A stretch of 64,000 bases of DNA, from the NCBI RefSeq assembly GCF_009914755.1, contig NC_060943.1; one strand, 5' to 3'. The notes beneath the pieces were generated by a model that did not search any database, had not been told where the DNA came from, and was given only the letters and a program-made list of their open reading frames with translations. Positions 12,387-25,816 of this stretch are shown here, piece after piece (positions within the stretch are counted from its first letter, which is position 1; each line of letters opens with the position of its first letter). The DNA comes from the human T2T-CHM13v2.0 reference genome, Homo sapiens. The position numbers and the translations under genes were made by a program.

Positions 12387-12508
12387 CGTAGCCATCATAG
12401 GGATCCATGCTGAGGTCTGGAATCTTCCAACTATGGATGCAGGCATCTGCCCCGCCACTGTAGCAGTATTCACTGTTGCTGCCCATAGCCACAGCCAACA
12501 CTGGGCCC
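12387..12508 (-). CDS. STRN4: STRN4 exon 12 (122 nt; GPVLAVAMGSNSEYCYSGGADACIHSWK...)
   Basis: cag acceptor, gtgagg donor, WD40 sequence. Confidence 0.95.
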
Positions 12509-12911
12509 CTGGAAGGGACAAATATGTGGAAAGGGGGATGAGACAAGCTCAGGGCCTCCCCTGGCCACAGGACCTAAGTTCCCTACTAGCATTCTTCAAG
12601 GATGGCCAAAAGGAATTCAGTGACTGGGGCTCTGGCCATGCTACCTGGACAAGCTGCCTGTCCCCTGCCCTCCCCCACCCCACCTCCATCTCCTCCCCTG
12701 AAGGGCTGTGCTGAGTACCAGCTGCCAGGGCATGTGAAAGTCAGCATGGAGCCCCAAGAACCAGGGCTGTGTATATCATGAAGGGGGCGGGGACTCAGAG
12801 CCCCCTGCTGTCCTGCCTCCTGCCGTGGGCCTCCCGCGATGGCAGTGAGCAGGTCAGGAGTCAGGCTGCATTTAGGACGAGTTTCTAGCAGGCTCAGGGG
12901 CACCTCCCTAC

Positions 12912-12959
12912 CTGTGAGCCCGGAAAGCATGTATAGGTTCCACATCTAGCGCCGCATTC
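12912..12959 (-). CDS. STRN4: STRN4 exon 11 (48 nt; NAALDVEPIHAFRAH)
   Basis: cacag acceptor, gtaggg donor; striatin LDVEPIxxFRAH motif. Confidence 0.93.
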
Positions 12960-13052
12960 CTGTGGGATGACAGAGGAGCCTGATGTCACTGAGACCCTGT
13001 CACCCCCGTCCCCAGATGCCCCTGCCCCCGGCTCTGAGCTTGCTGCCCTCAC

Positions 13053-13228
13053 TTCTTGGCCGTGACCGCCTTCTGCAGGTTCCAGAGCTTGAGCGTGCCG
13101 TCCTCGGAGGCGGTGAGCAGAGCCGACTGGCTGTGGTGGAAGGCCAGGGAACGAATGCCGTCGTAGTGCGAGCGCAGGGTGAACTTGGGGTTCCACGTCT
13201 TCTTAAAAGCATCTTTGCTGTCAGACAG
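13053..13228 (-). CDS. STRN4: STRN4 exon 10 (176 nt; LSDSKDAFKKTWNPKFTLRSHYDGIRSLAF...)
   Basis: cag acceptor, gtgagg donor; start of the WD40 domain. Confidence 0.95.
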
Positions 13229-13943
13229 CTGGGGTTGGGGGGAGCTGCCTCAGTGTCTTCGCATCCATCCCAGCAGTCATGCAGACACCGACACCCAGGG
13301 CTTGAGGCCCCCTGTCTTCCACCCACATGACCCTGGCAGGAATGCCCTCAGAGCCTGGGCTCCAGCCGGGAACTCTCCCCTTCCTCTGCTGGGCAGAGTC
13401 TCCATGCTCGCCCAACAAGTCCCCACACTGCGCTGGGTTCTGGAGAGACAAAGGTGAGCCTGACCCCTTGGGGTCTTGCAGTTGAGAGGAAGGGGAATGG
13501 GGGACACAACTGGACCATCCCACAAGTGTGCAGGATCATCAGCCATGAGCAGGGCAATGAATTAAAGATGCACAGAGAGACATCAGGCAGCCTGCCCTCC
13601 TCCCTGGGGGCCACTGAGGCTTTCCTGAGGAAGCACGAGCCAGCAGGACTTCACAAGATAAGGAGAGGGCCCTGGAGAGGGAAAGGGCCCGTGCAGAGGC
13701 CCTGAGGCAGCAAGGGCGAGCCCAGGCCTGAGAGGTCAGTGGTACAGGCTGCAGGAGGCAAGGAGAGTGGCAGGGGATGAGACAGGTGCTGGGTGGTGAG
13801 CCCCGGAGGAATGCGCATTTCATCCTAAGAAAAAGCCTCAGAGAAACAAGGAGCCGGGGAAGTGTTTAGAGCAGGGGAACGACATGGCTTGTTCCTGCCA
13901 CCCCTGAGAGGCTCAGATTAGGGGCAGGTAAAAGTAGCCACAG

Positions 13944-14078
13944 ACGGGGCACAGTGGCTCACGCCTGTAATCCCAGAACTTTGGGAGGCCAAGGCAGAAC
14001 GATCATTTGACCCCAGGAGTTCGAGACCAGCCTGGGTAACATAGGGAGATCCCCTCAAGGAGCAAAAAAAAAAAAAAA
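13944..14078 (+). mobile_element. FLAM / Alu left monomer
   Basis: ggggcacagtggctcacgcctgtaatcccag...A tail. Confidence 0.8.
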
Positions 14079-14617
14079 GGTAGCCTCAGAGAAAGAGGTT
14101 GAGAGGCCAGGAAGTCCCAGGGGAGATGAGGGCATGGAGACCAGACACGTGACCATGAAGGGGAGGCAGTGCACAAGTGGGAGAGCTGTGGGGGCCTCTG
14201 TCCACCACGCTGCATGCGCCCTGGTGCCGCTCACCCAGCAGGGGACCCGGAGAGGGCCAGGTTCCGGAGAGATGACGAGCAGAGTACCAGGCAAGCCTCA
14301 GCACCATGCCCCAAGATGGGCTCCCAGCTGACGTCCCTGCCTTAGCTGTCCCTTCTGCCACAGTTCTTTAGGGTCAGAGGATCTGCTACTGTGTGGTTCA
14401 CTCACCCCCTCCCCTAGCGGGGCTCAGAACACTGTACTTCCCCAAGATGAAATGACATCTTGGGGCGTGCAGAGGGACCCCATGGCACACTCCACTTCTC
14501 AGGCCTCTGCTCTGACCCCCCTTCCTGAATCTCACAGCAGTCCCCACCCAGCCTTACTAGGGTCACCAACACTGGAAATCCCATTCTGTCACAGTAAAAT
14601 GTGCACATACACCCACA

Positions 14618-14681
14618 CCAAAAGCTCCCAGCTGGCCAAAGGCTCCCAGCTGGCCAAAGGCTCCCAGATGGCCAGAGGCCC
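14618..14681. repeat. 18-bp tandem repeat, about 3.5 copies (GGCTCCCAGCTGGCCAAA)
   Basis: ccaaaagctcccagctggccaaaggctcccagctggccaaaggctcccagatggccagaggcc. Confidence 0.85.
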
Positions 14682-15031
14682 GTCCACTGAGGCCCGGAAC
14701 ATTTCATTTCAGCCCTAGCTGCCCATTCACACTAGATTGGCCTGACTTGGCAGAGCAGGGGGTGGCTACAGGTCATCTTCCTGCATTCCAAATCACCAGG
14801 GTGGGAGGGGCAGAGTGGAGGAGCCGTGGAACTGTGATTAAAACACAGGCTCCAGAGTCTTCCAGGCCCTGCGCCTTGGCGACCGCAGTCAAGTCCCTCC
14901 ACTGTCTACATCTGCACCCCTCTGTGAAACAGGATGAGCAGGGCACGGGCGGCACCCAGTCAGAGCTTGCAGGGGCTGGCCCTGGGCGCAATGCCAATGG
15001 GGACAGTGTGGGGGGCACCCGGAGAACTTAC

Positions 15032-15126
15032 ATCGCAGCTGAGGTCGTTGTCGTTGGTGACGGTGAGATCTGCCAAGTCCCCCAGGCTCACCTCCCCGCC
15101 CCCGATAGTGTCCATGATGAAGACGT
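15032..15126 (-). CDS. STRN4: STRN4 exon 9 (95 nt); alternative acceptor at 15147 adds 21 nt (GSFGFSS) giving 760 aa
   Basis: Two in-frame cag acceptors (15127-15129 and 15148-15150); gtaagt donor; LGDLADLTVTNDND motif. Confidence 0.93.
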
Positions 15127-15150
15127 CTGAGGAGAAGCCAAAGGAACCTG

Positions 15151-15340
15151 GTAGGGGGAGGGGAGGGAGGGGCAGAGAGGGCCAGGGAGAGAGAGAATGA
15201 CAGAGAGAGGCAGAGAAAGAGATAAAGAGCAAGAGAGAGAGACGGGGAGAGGACAAGATGAAGAATCACAGCTGGAAAGAGACAGAGAGACAGACAGGGC
15301 AGGACAGACAAAAAGAGAGGGAGACAGACAGACAGACGAA
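15151..15340 (-). repeat. CT-rich low-complexity tract upstream of exon 9 (GA/AGAC repeats on plus)
   Basis: Nearly continuous purine run on the plus strand. Confidence 0.85.
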
Positions 15341-15473
15341 CTTTTGGGGCAGGGAGGCTGCAGACTGGAGGCTGGGCCTCGACCCTGAAGACACAGAAGC
15401 CCTGGGCTCAGCTCTGCAGCCTCCCTCTGCCATGGGCCCGCAGGACTGGGACCAGGTGGGGGGTGCCTCTTAC

Positions 15474-15587
15474 CTTCATGTGGCCGGGGCTGGGGTGTGC
15501 CAGGAGGCGGGCCAGTCACTTTTGGGGGCAGCCCATCCACATCCCGCAGGTCAGCCAGAATGCCTTGGAGTTTGACCCGACGGCTTT
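15474..15587 (-). CDS. STRN4: STRN4 exon 8 (114 nt; SRRVKLQGILADLRDVDGLPP...)
   Basis: cag acceptor, gtaaga donor, frame consistent. Confidence 0.95.
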
Positions 15588-16197
15588 CTGCAGGGTCGAG
15601 GCATAGGGCCGGAGTCACCCAGCAGTTCCAACCCAGTCTGGCATAGGTGACGCCTTCCCCACACTGAGGGCCCCCTGCCACTCTGTGGGGCTGTGAAGCT
15701 CTGGCCCTGGGGGAGGGGGGGAATGGGCAGAGGAGAGGAGGTTGATTGGGCCCCTCCGTGGGGCAGTGGGCAGGTCACTGCCTTGCCTAGGCCTCAGGCC
15801 CCAGCCACCCATCCCACGTATCCTGAGAGCCCTCCTAGCTAGGAGTCACAGGACAGGGAGGAAGATGCGGCCCTCCCACCTGCCTCTCCCCGACTGGGTC
15901 CTCATCCTGTTCCCTCCTTGAGGCCAGCCAGAGCTGGACGCCCGCCCTGGAGGGCTGGCGGCCCCACTTCAGGAAGAGCCAGGACTGCCTGCGTCTCCAT
16001 GGGGATTTTCCAGGGAAGGGGTGAGGGGCCGGCGGCCATGACCTGGGCCTCCTGCTCTCCTTGGCTACCCTCCTCTCAGGAAACATATCCGTCCGGTAGA
16101 GAGACCCTGTACAGGAAGCAGCTGCGGGCAGCTGAGCCTGCTCCCACCCCCTCGGTGGGGAAGGCAAGCGGGGGCTGGCCAGAAAACGTCAGCTCAC

Positions 16198-16357
16198 CCA
16201 GCTCATGGGGGCTCCCATCCACAGTGCACCGCCGAGGGTCTGGAGCCCCTTCCCCATCCTCTCCTGAGCCCAGGAAATCAAACTCATTGATAGCATCCTC
16301 AGAGTCGTCTTCCTCATCCTCGTCTTCCATTTCGGGCACCAGAGCCTTGGATGGGAG
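16198..16357 (-). CDS. STRN4: STRN4 exon 7 (160 nt; LPSKALVPEMEDEDEEDDSEDAINEFDFL...)
   Basis: cag acceptor, gtgagc donor; striatin EFDFL motif. Confidence 0.95.
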
Positions 16358-16500
16358 CTGGCACATGGAGAAAGCCAGACAAGTCAGGGGGCCTCTTGTC
16401 CAGAGACTAAGCCACCTCCGTGCCTAGGAACAGGTAAGCCGGGGCTCTGGGCCCGTTTCTGTTCATGGGGCTGCCTCAGCCGCCAGCCAGCTGCCCTGGA

Positions 16501-16514
16501 GCGCCCCCTGCTGG
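16501..16514 (-). promoter_or_regulatory. CTCF motif
   Basis: Reverse complement CCAGCAGGGGGCGC matches the CTCF core. Confidence 0.6.
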
Positions 16515-18311
16515 GCCTTGGACAGCTGCTACCACTAGGGCCGGTTGGCCTGACCCCACCCTCACGCAGTCCTTCCCCTAGCCAGGGCTCAGCCTGCTCC
16601 AGTCCCCCAGCAAGGTGCCTCGGATGAAGAAAAGTCAGATAATGCAACAATCTGCCTGCAGGGAGGGCAGATATGCACTGGTGTCCGTGTGTGAATATAC
16701 GGAGGTGCAAACAAGTGAGGATGAATGGACCACAGCATTGCAGCGATAAACACAGCACCAGCAGCCGTGCTGGCACAAGAGCAAATTCCACTCACTGAAT
16801 GACCACTGACTACCCCTCGCAGACACGACTTCACTTAACCCCCAACCCTGCGAACAGCTACCGTGAACACTGTCATTATCATTCCCACATTACAGGCCAG
16901 GAGACAGGCTGAGCAGCAGGAACCCACTTGCCCTAGGTCACCAAGGCCAAGCTCTGCCCACTGTGAACTCCTCCAGGGCGTGGCTGACCCCTTCCACATG
17001 TCAGCCCCCCAGGCTGAGTTTGGCGACACCTCTCGGGCACCAGTGAGGGGCCAGCCTCTGACCTGCATGGTGGGGACCAGAGGGAAGGGGCATGGAGAAG
17101 ACCTAGGGCCAAGGTTTATTCAACACTTGTGCAAAGAATGGGGAAGGGGAGGGTTTAGACAGCATGCCCAGAAAGGCAGCGGCCGGGCTCAGGACTCCAG
17201 AGGAGAGAACCACCACAGGTGCTCTGAGGGGCACACGAGTGGCAATTGTGCTCTGCCAACAGTGCCTGGAACCATGAGGGCTCCACCACTACCAAGTGCC
17301 ACCAGCGCCACTAACACCTACTGAGCACTTGGGGGACAGCCACCATGCAGCTGAGGGCTTCCTGGGCACCAGCTCATTCTAATTAAATCCTCAACAACTC
17401 AGACGGAGGGACTCAGCCCCATCTAAAGGGTGAGGAGACTGAAGCCAAGACAAAGAAGTGTGGGCCCGAACTCACGCAGCTGGGCCAGGGCCCCCTGGGA
17501 GCCATGGGCAGTCCCCTGGGTTCCCAGCTGGGCCTCGATGGAGGGCTGCTGCGTAGAGACAGAGAGCCCTACCCAACCAGCCAGCCCAAGGGTGTGGGCC
17601 CGAAGGGGTGCAAACACCACGGATGATTCCTGATGGAATGGGTGGAGGGGTGGAAAAGGACTAGAAATTCTCAGAGGGGTGGGAAGGACCAAGCGTCTGG
17701 ACCAGGGGCCAGCATTTGAGACCCTGGACTCAGCCCTCCTGCTCTTCCTCTAGGCCTCCTGCAGTGCTGCGGCTCCGTGCACACCACTCTACTTGGGGTG
17801 CGACTCTGTGCTGAGCCACACTGGGGATACTGGAGATGCAGTGGAGGCCCACACAGGCCCAGTCCCTCCCAGGGAGAGGTCAGGAGGAATACAGACCAGA
17901 CAGGGAGGACCCCAGAGTGGCCAGGGCCAGGGAAGGGAGCCCAGGGTGAGTCAGAGAAGGCTTCCTGGAGGAGGGGGTGTCTGAGCTGAGTCTAAAGGAG
18001 GAAAGAAAGGGGACCTAGGCAAAGGGACCCGCTAATGGGAAGCCCGGGGCTCAGGGAAAGCTCCGAGGCCATCTGCCACAGGTGCCTCCTTCATAGGCAC
18101 ATGCCCCTGCCTCCACCACAACGCGTCCTTCTGCACATGACTATTTACAAGGCCGCTGCTGGCCACAAGCTCCTCCAGGCCAGGGCCTGTGTGTCTCCAT
18201 ATCCCTGCTGCCAGCACACACCGCAGCCCCTGAAGGCCCAGGCTGACTCGGAAGGGCTTCGATCAGGTCACACCCAGGCCAGGCTGTGCAGGGCATGGAG
18301 GAAGGGCTCAC

Positions 18312-18453
18312 CTTCACACGCTGCTTCTTGTGCTGCACGCTGTCCAGCTCATCGTCCTCGTCGCTGTCTTCGTCCTCGCAGTTCTGCAGGAAGGGGATCT
18401 GCCCCAGCACTGAGCCGCCCAAGCGCTCTTTGCCATCTTTGCCTGCCGCGTTC
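18312..18453 (-). CDS. STRN4: STRN4 exon 6 (142 nt; NAAGKDGKERLGGSVLGQIPFLQNCEDEDSDEDD...)
   Basis: cag acceptor, gtgagc donor, frame consistent. Confidence 0.95.
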
Positions 18454-19059
18454 CTGCCAAAGACAGCAGAGCAGAGGAGGCATGAGTCCTGGCAGGTGTC
18501 AAAGCTCAGATAGGAAGGTGCCCTCCCAGGCTTGGTGGCCAGAGCCCAGACCCAGCTAACCCCCTAACCCCTGAGCAGCCTTGACTCTGGTCACACACAG
18601 AGCCCCAACCCCAGCCTCTGCCCAACAAATGCTCATTCCAACTGGAAGCCTCACTCAGACCGCAAACGGGGCCCAGCTCCTCAATGACCGCCGACCTGAG
18701 TTTCAGAGGGCCAGCCCCCAACCCTGGTCACAAATCTCCATCCTGTGCTGAGTCAGAAGGAAAGCTGGATGAGAAAGTGCCACTGACTCAGCAGTCCCCA
18801 TTCCCACAGCCCAGTCAGACCACAAGGGCAGGTCAGGCAGGAGGCAAACACGCCCTGCAGGAAAGAGGAACCGGCCATTCTACAAATGCTCTGGGAGGCG
18901 CCGAAAGCCAGCCAGCCTCGCGCAAGCAGGGGCGCCGGCGATCCCTGCTACCCAGGAGCCTGCACTATCCCCAGCAACAGATGGCACTCCTCCTTCCACC
19001 TCCTGGCTTCCAACTTCATGACAAGTTATAGCAGAGGAGGTACTGACCCAGCCTGACTG

Positions 19060-20300
19060 CGGGAGAAGGCAGGGTGCAATTCCAAGTGCAGATCGACGAA
19101 AACGTCCCCCCTTTCTGCCATCAGGTTGATGCCCTGGAGGTCTTGTCAACTGCCAGTTACCAACGGGTGCAGAGGTCACTGCAGATGTACCCTCTCGCCT
19201 CACGGCTGCCATCACCAGAGCTCCACTCCATCCTCAGAACACTCGCTGCACTTGCAGCGGGACACAGGACTCCATTCTCACCGGCCTTCCTCCCACAACG
19301 ACACTGACACGCCGCACAGGCTCAGCCTCTTTCTCAGCTTCCTCCTCCTGTTCCTCCCTCCAGCCTCTAAGTGGGAGAGCACCCGGGCAGTCCCCAGATC
19401 TCTTCTCTGCGTCATCTACACTCACTCCTGCAGGCACTGCAGACGGCCATGGCTTTCCAAAGAATGCCCATGTGCTTGTTCAACTAGACCTATGTTTAGG
19501 GGCCAAATGCCCCGCAGCTCCAGACGAGCTCTGCTTCTCCACATGGGGGTAAACAGGCCCCTCACACTTCACACAACCTCGGCGGCCCCCAGAACTTCCA
19601 CTCCCAGGCTTCCCCGTCTCAGGGGATGCTGCTCCAATGGCTCACACCAAACCCTGGAGTCGCTCGTTTCTTTTCCTCTCCCCTTAGCTGCAGTCCTTCA
19701 GTGTCGACTGCCTGAAAGCCTCTGGGGAAGCTGACACCTCTCGCCTCACCACCGCTAAAGTCCATCAGCTCTGTCCCAGACATCGAGCCATCTCCTAACT
19801 GGTCCGCCTGCCTCCTCTGTGACCCTCCCACACCTCTCCTTCTCAGAGTGGATCAGGTACGTCAGATTATGTCACCCCGCTGCTCGAAAGCACTGGCTTC
19901 CCACAACCCTGAGTCAAACTCAGACTCTATCCCAGCCCAAGGCCCTGAGTGGCTGACTCCTGAGACCACAACCTCCCCGCAGCCCACGCCTCACTGCCTG
20001 CGGCCATGCCGGCCTCGTGCTGCTTCTGTGCAGGCTGCGTCTCTCCTGCCTCTGGACCTCGGGGTTCACTGTGCCCTCTGCCTAGAACATTCTCCTCCCA
20101 GCCACTCGTGTGGCTTACCCTCCATTTAATGCCCACAGAGGCCCTCCCTGCCCACCCCCTGCAGAGGAGCACATATTGGCCCTCGTGGTCTCCATCGTGC
20201 TTAGCATCACCTACGTGGCCTCACTTGTTCTGCTTAACTGACAATTGCTGATGAGAGTGAACAAGCCAGAGATTCCTGAGGGTGGCGACCACGTGTGCTC
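19060..20300 (+). mobile_element. Ancient LINE-2 (L2) fragment
   Basis: L2-like passages: cctctaagtgggagagcacc...tcatctacactcactcc, tcagattatgtcaccccgctgctcgaaa, ctctgcctagaacattctcc. Confidence 0.6.
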
Positions 20301-20618
20301 CACTCCCTGCTGGCGAGGCACCCAGGGTGTGCCTTCGGTAAGCACCCCACTCGACCGAGAAGCGGGCAGGCCTGAGTATCAGGACGGGGGCAGGGCTGGA
20401 GATGAGGCCATGGCGAAGTGTGTGGAGGGAACCCAGGACAGAATCCGGGGGATCCCAGCAGTGAAGGGACTCAGGGTTTCAGAACAAGGGAGCCCACGGC
20501 ATACTCCAGGAGGAGGGGCCGCCAGGGCACCCAGCGCCATCAGCTGACACTCTGACCCTGGCCTTCACCAGCAGTCAGGAGGAACAGAGAGACACACCTG
20601 CCATGTCCACGGGCTCAC

Positions 20619-20816
20619 CTCTTTATCTGCTCCTCGATCTGTTTCACCAGCAGCGACTCCCCACCACTGAGCCCTGCAGGGCCTGGTGGAGCCCTGGGGG
20701 CCCCTTCACTCGGCTCCACTGCCCCGTTGAGCTCCAGCGAGCGGCCCAGCAGGGAACGGACGCGCTTGGACCGCATGTCGAGGATGGTGTCTGTGTAGCC
20801 CACCTCTTCCAGGTAC
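20619..20816 (-). CDS. STRN4: STRN4 exon 5 (198 nt; YLEEVGYTDTILDMRSKRVRSLLG...)
   Basis: Striatin YLxEVGYTDTILD motif (CaM-binding region); cag acceptor, gtgagc donor. Confidence 0.96.
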
Positions 20817-22221
20817 CTGCAGGGGTGCAGAGCCACGTGGGTCAGACATCCCCTGGGCTTCTTCATGTACCACAGGGGCCAATGCAAACCGAGACAACCT
20901 CTTAAGGGGCCACTTAAGAGCATACACCAAAATCTGACATAAGCACACCCTCGCTCCAGCAGTTCCCCGTCAAGGCTATTTCCAGTGGAAGCCCTTGTAC
21001 ACACACACAATGCTATGTGTGAGGGTGCTCCCTGCACTGCTGTATGGGGAAGCCGAAGCACAGGGACCAGCCTCAGCACCCACCGACAGGGGCTGTGTCA
21101 GCAAATGACTCATAGCGCTGCAAGGCAGAAGATCAACAGGGCAGAGCCTTAAGGGAAGCTGGCCACGGTAAACAGCAGAACGAAAACGCTAAGTTCTATG
21201 ATCCACATGATGCCAATGTTTGTAGAAAAAAACAAAAAGGCGTTAATGTGCATAAAGCTTACACCACACGCAAACACACGTTTGTATTATGTCCCCCAAG
21301 AGGCCTAGAAAGATCCATAAAAAACATAACAGCAGTGACCTCTGGAGAATGGGATTAGGGGCGTAAGAGGAACTTTTGCAACTTACTCTACTTACTTCTA
21401 CAAATGAGCACTTATTACTTCTGCAATTTAAAAACTGAAGCCAGCTGGGACTGGACTAAAAGTAAAAAAAGAAGAAGGAAAAAAGAACAAAAATCAATTT
21501 GGGGTATCTGTGGCTTCAAAATACAGCGACAACAGTCCCTTGCTACTCCTCAGGAGGCTTCCTGGCCAGGCCGCCTTTGCCGTTCCCTGTCCCTTCGCAG
21601 CTCTGACCCTGTCTCTTGAATGTTAGGCTGCACGCACCTGCATGTACGTCTCATCCTGTGCGCCTGTGTGTGTCTGAGGCTCCTATCTCCCCACCAAAAG
21701 AGAGACAGGGAAGCACGGGGCTTTAAAGCTGGGCACTGGGGGCAGATTGCCCAAGATCCCACAAATTAACCATGCAACCTTGTGTAAACAGATCACCTCA
21801 CCGCATGCCAGTTTTCTTATGAGGGGAACACTAGCATTATACCACACAGAGATCTCAGTGAGGAGCCAACAGGCGGAAAATGTTTAGCACAGTGCCAGGC
21901 ACGTAATAGGTACTTGGTAAGTGTAGCCTGTTAGTATTACTATTATTGTTTTAGGGTTATTGTTTGCACACACTTTAAGCTAGCAACCCCACTTCCAGAT
22001 ATCTAACTTGAGGAAATCAAGGATATGCACAAATACCTTCCTGATTTTTATCACACTGTCTATAATACAAAAAAATTAAAAGCAACCTTGACAAAATACA
22101 AGGAACTGACCATGGAGAGTTATGGTTATCTATATGACAGACATTATATGTTGGGTTTTTTTCCTCCATAGGACCAAAGGAAGGAAATTATGAGGTCTTC
22201 AAAGTGATGCAACATAACTAA

Positions 22222-22543
<322 letters not shown>

Positions 22544-22587
22544 GATGTTTGCAACTCTTTAACAGTGAAAACAAATCCCAGCTTTTA

Positions 22588-23880
<1,293 letters not shown>

Positions 23881-23892
23881 CATTAAGAATTT

Positions 23893-23998
23893 GCTGGTCC
23901 AAACATGGTGAGTTACTGTGATGATTCACAGTTGATTACAGACCTACTTACAGATCTGCCTTCTCCCCACTTCCCACTACTGTATTTGATTAGTCTTT
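23893..23998 (+). pseudogene. Diverged, near full-length Y RNA pseudogene
   Basis: 5' gctggtcc..ggtgagtta and 3' ccactactgtatttgattagtcttt, i.e. both Y RNA terminal stem halves; A-rich tail. Confidence 0.75.
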
Positions 23999-24401
23999 AA
24001 ATAAATAATTAACAAATAAAAAATAATTTAATATTACCCTTGGGAAATAAAAAGCCATGCTTCATAAATCTTCACAAGGTATCTAAAAAAAAAAAAAAAA
24101 GCCACACAGGGCTCCTATGGCCACTGAGACAAAAAAAAAAAAAAAAAAAAAAAGCCACAGAGGCATTCAGGGACACATTCCAACAGGGGTGTCCCCACGT
24201 CTGCCTCCTGCAGCGGGTTTCCCTCCCTCTCCCCAGGCCAGGCTCCGCCCACAGGGTGAAAGCCATTCCAGCCATGGCTGGCTAAGATCCTGATAGTTCA
24301 GCATCCCCAGTGGGGACGGAAAAGGACTGTGGAGTCTTTGGACTTATCTCTCAAGCCAAACGTGTCACGTGTCCCCAGCCCCCCTCCCCGAGCACACTCA
24401 C

Positions 24402-24480
24402 TGTCGGAGAAGCTGCCGCCCCTCCTTCCACACCAACGGGCTGTTCTCCAGGGTGACCGATTCCACGGGGCCATTGGAGA
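24402..24480 (-). CDS. STRN4: STRN4 exon 4 (79 nt; SNGPVESVTLENSPLVWKEGRQLLR)
   Basis: cag acceptor, gtgagt donor; WKxGRQLLRQ motif. Confidence 0.95.
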
Positions 24481-25742
24481 CTGGCGGGTGAGAGAACGGA
24501 GGCTGTCTTAAGTCAGGCCACTGCCACCTACCCATCACCTCCTCCATCTTCCTCACCCCTCCAACCCAAATCGGTCACTGTCGCAGGTCCTGTGGCATCA
24601 CTTCCTGAGTGTTGGAACCCTGCTCTCTTCCCTTACTCGGGGATTCCTCCTCCTTGAAGCGTTCCTCATCTCTAGGTCTCCTGACTGGTGGTTCCCCAAA
24701 CTGGCCCCCGACAAGATAAGGGTGTTATCTCAAAACCAGAAAGCTGGCCTGGTTCTGAGAGAAGGGCCGACTGGGTTCAAGCCCAGCTCTGCCCCATCCC
24801 AGCTGTGTGACCCTGAGTTAGTGTAAGCCGTGTCAGTTTCGTCCTCTGAGAAATGAGCTTAATGATAACAGCATCTCCCTCTTGGGAGTGCTGAGAGGAT
24901 GCAATGAGATAATTTGCTTAGTATTTTATTCAAGTCTTTCCTGGGCATCTACGCTGTGCCTGGCCAGGGGCCTGGGCTACATGGGTAAACAAAGACCTGC
25001 CCTTGTGGAACTTCCGTTCTAGTGAGAGGAGCTGGCAGCAGGTAATGACCATCACTATCAGCTGAGCACACAAGGTCTTCTCAGCTTGCCTCGGCCAAGC
25101 TTCCCCCTCACCCAGCCCGCCCTCCCACATCCTCTGCCCTACACTGTTTGCCCAGGCACACTGACCGACTCCCTGTCCCCTAACCCTTTCAGCGTGCGTC
25201 TCTGTATCTGTGCTCTCTCCCCTGACTCTCCTGCTGGGGAACGGAGTCATCTTTCAAGGAGCTTAGACTCTAAGGGACCAGAGGGTAGAGACCATGTCTC
25301 CCGTGCTCTCTGCTGTATTCCTGATCTGTGATACAAAGCCTGTACCCTACAAATAAAGTCTTTTTTGGATGAACGATTGAACGGCAACCCTGTTCAAACG
25401 CCACCTCCTCAGTGACGTCTTCCCCGGCTTTCCCGCACCGTCCCCAGCACTCTATAAATAGCCCTGGCGCCCACTCCTCGCAAAGGGATCCCGTGAGCTG
25501 CTCGTGTGTCTGCCTCTGTTGCACAGGGGGACCCAAGCAGGACTGGCCCCCAGGGTCCAGCACGGGACCTGGCAGCCCATAGGGAGGGCTCTGAGAGTGA
25601 GATTCCGCCCCTCCCCAGCCCCGGGGCCGATTCTGCCTTCTAAGGAGCAAAGTGAGAAAGAGGCACCCCATCTTCCTGCTTCTCCAGAACACTCAGCTTC
25701 TGCGGGAGGGTGCCGACAGTGCGAGCATCAGAGGGTGGGTAC

Positions 25743-25816
25743 CTTGTTCTGACACATCTGCTTTCTTCTCCCCCTGGTTCAGGTCTGTCCCAAACTTCAG
25801 TTTATGATATTTGGCC
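25743..25816 (-). CDS. STRN4: STRN4 exon 3 (74 nt; AKYHKLKFGTDLNQGEKKADVSEQ)
   Basis: ttttag acceptor, gtaccc donor; striatin AKYHKLK motif. Confidence 0.95.

Noticed and set aside
19074-19734. 77-aa and 202-aa ORFs resembling a hidden gene or pseudogene
   Set aside because: Sequence matches decayed LINE-2; no recognisable protein.
20811-20819. cag|GTACCT at STRN4 exon 5 as a recursive site
   Set aside because: The regenerated junction ACA|GTACCT is a poor donor, unlike exon 16.
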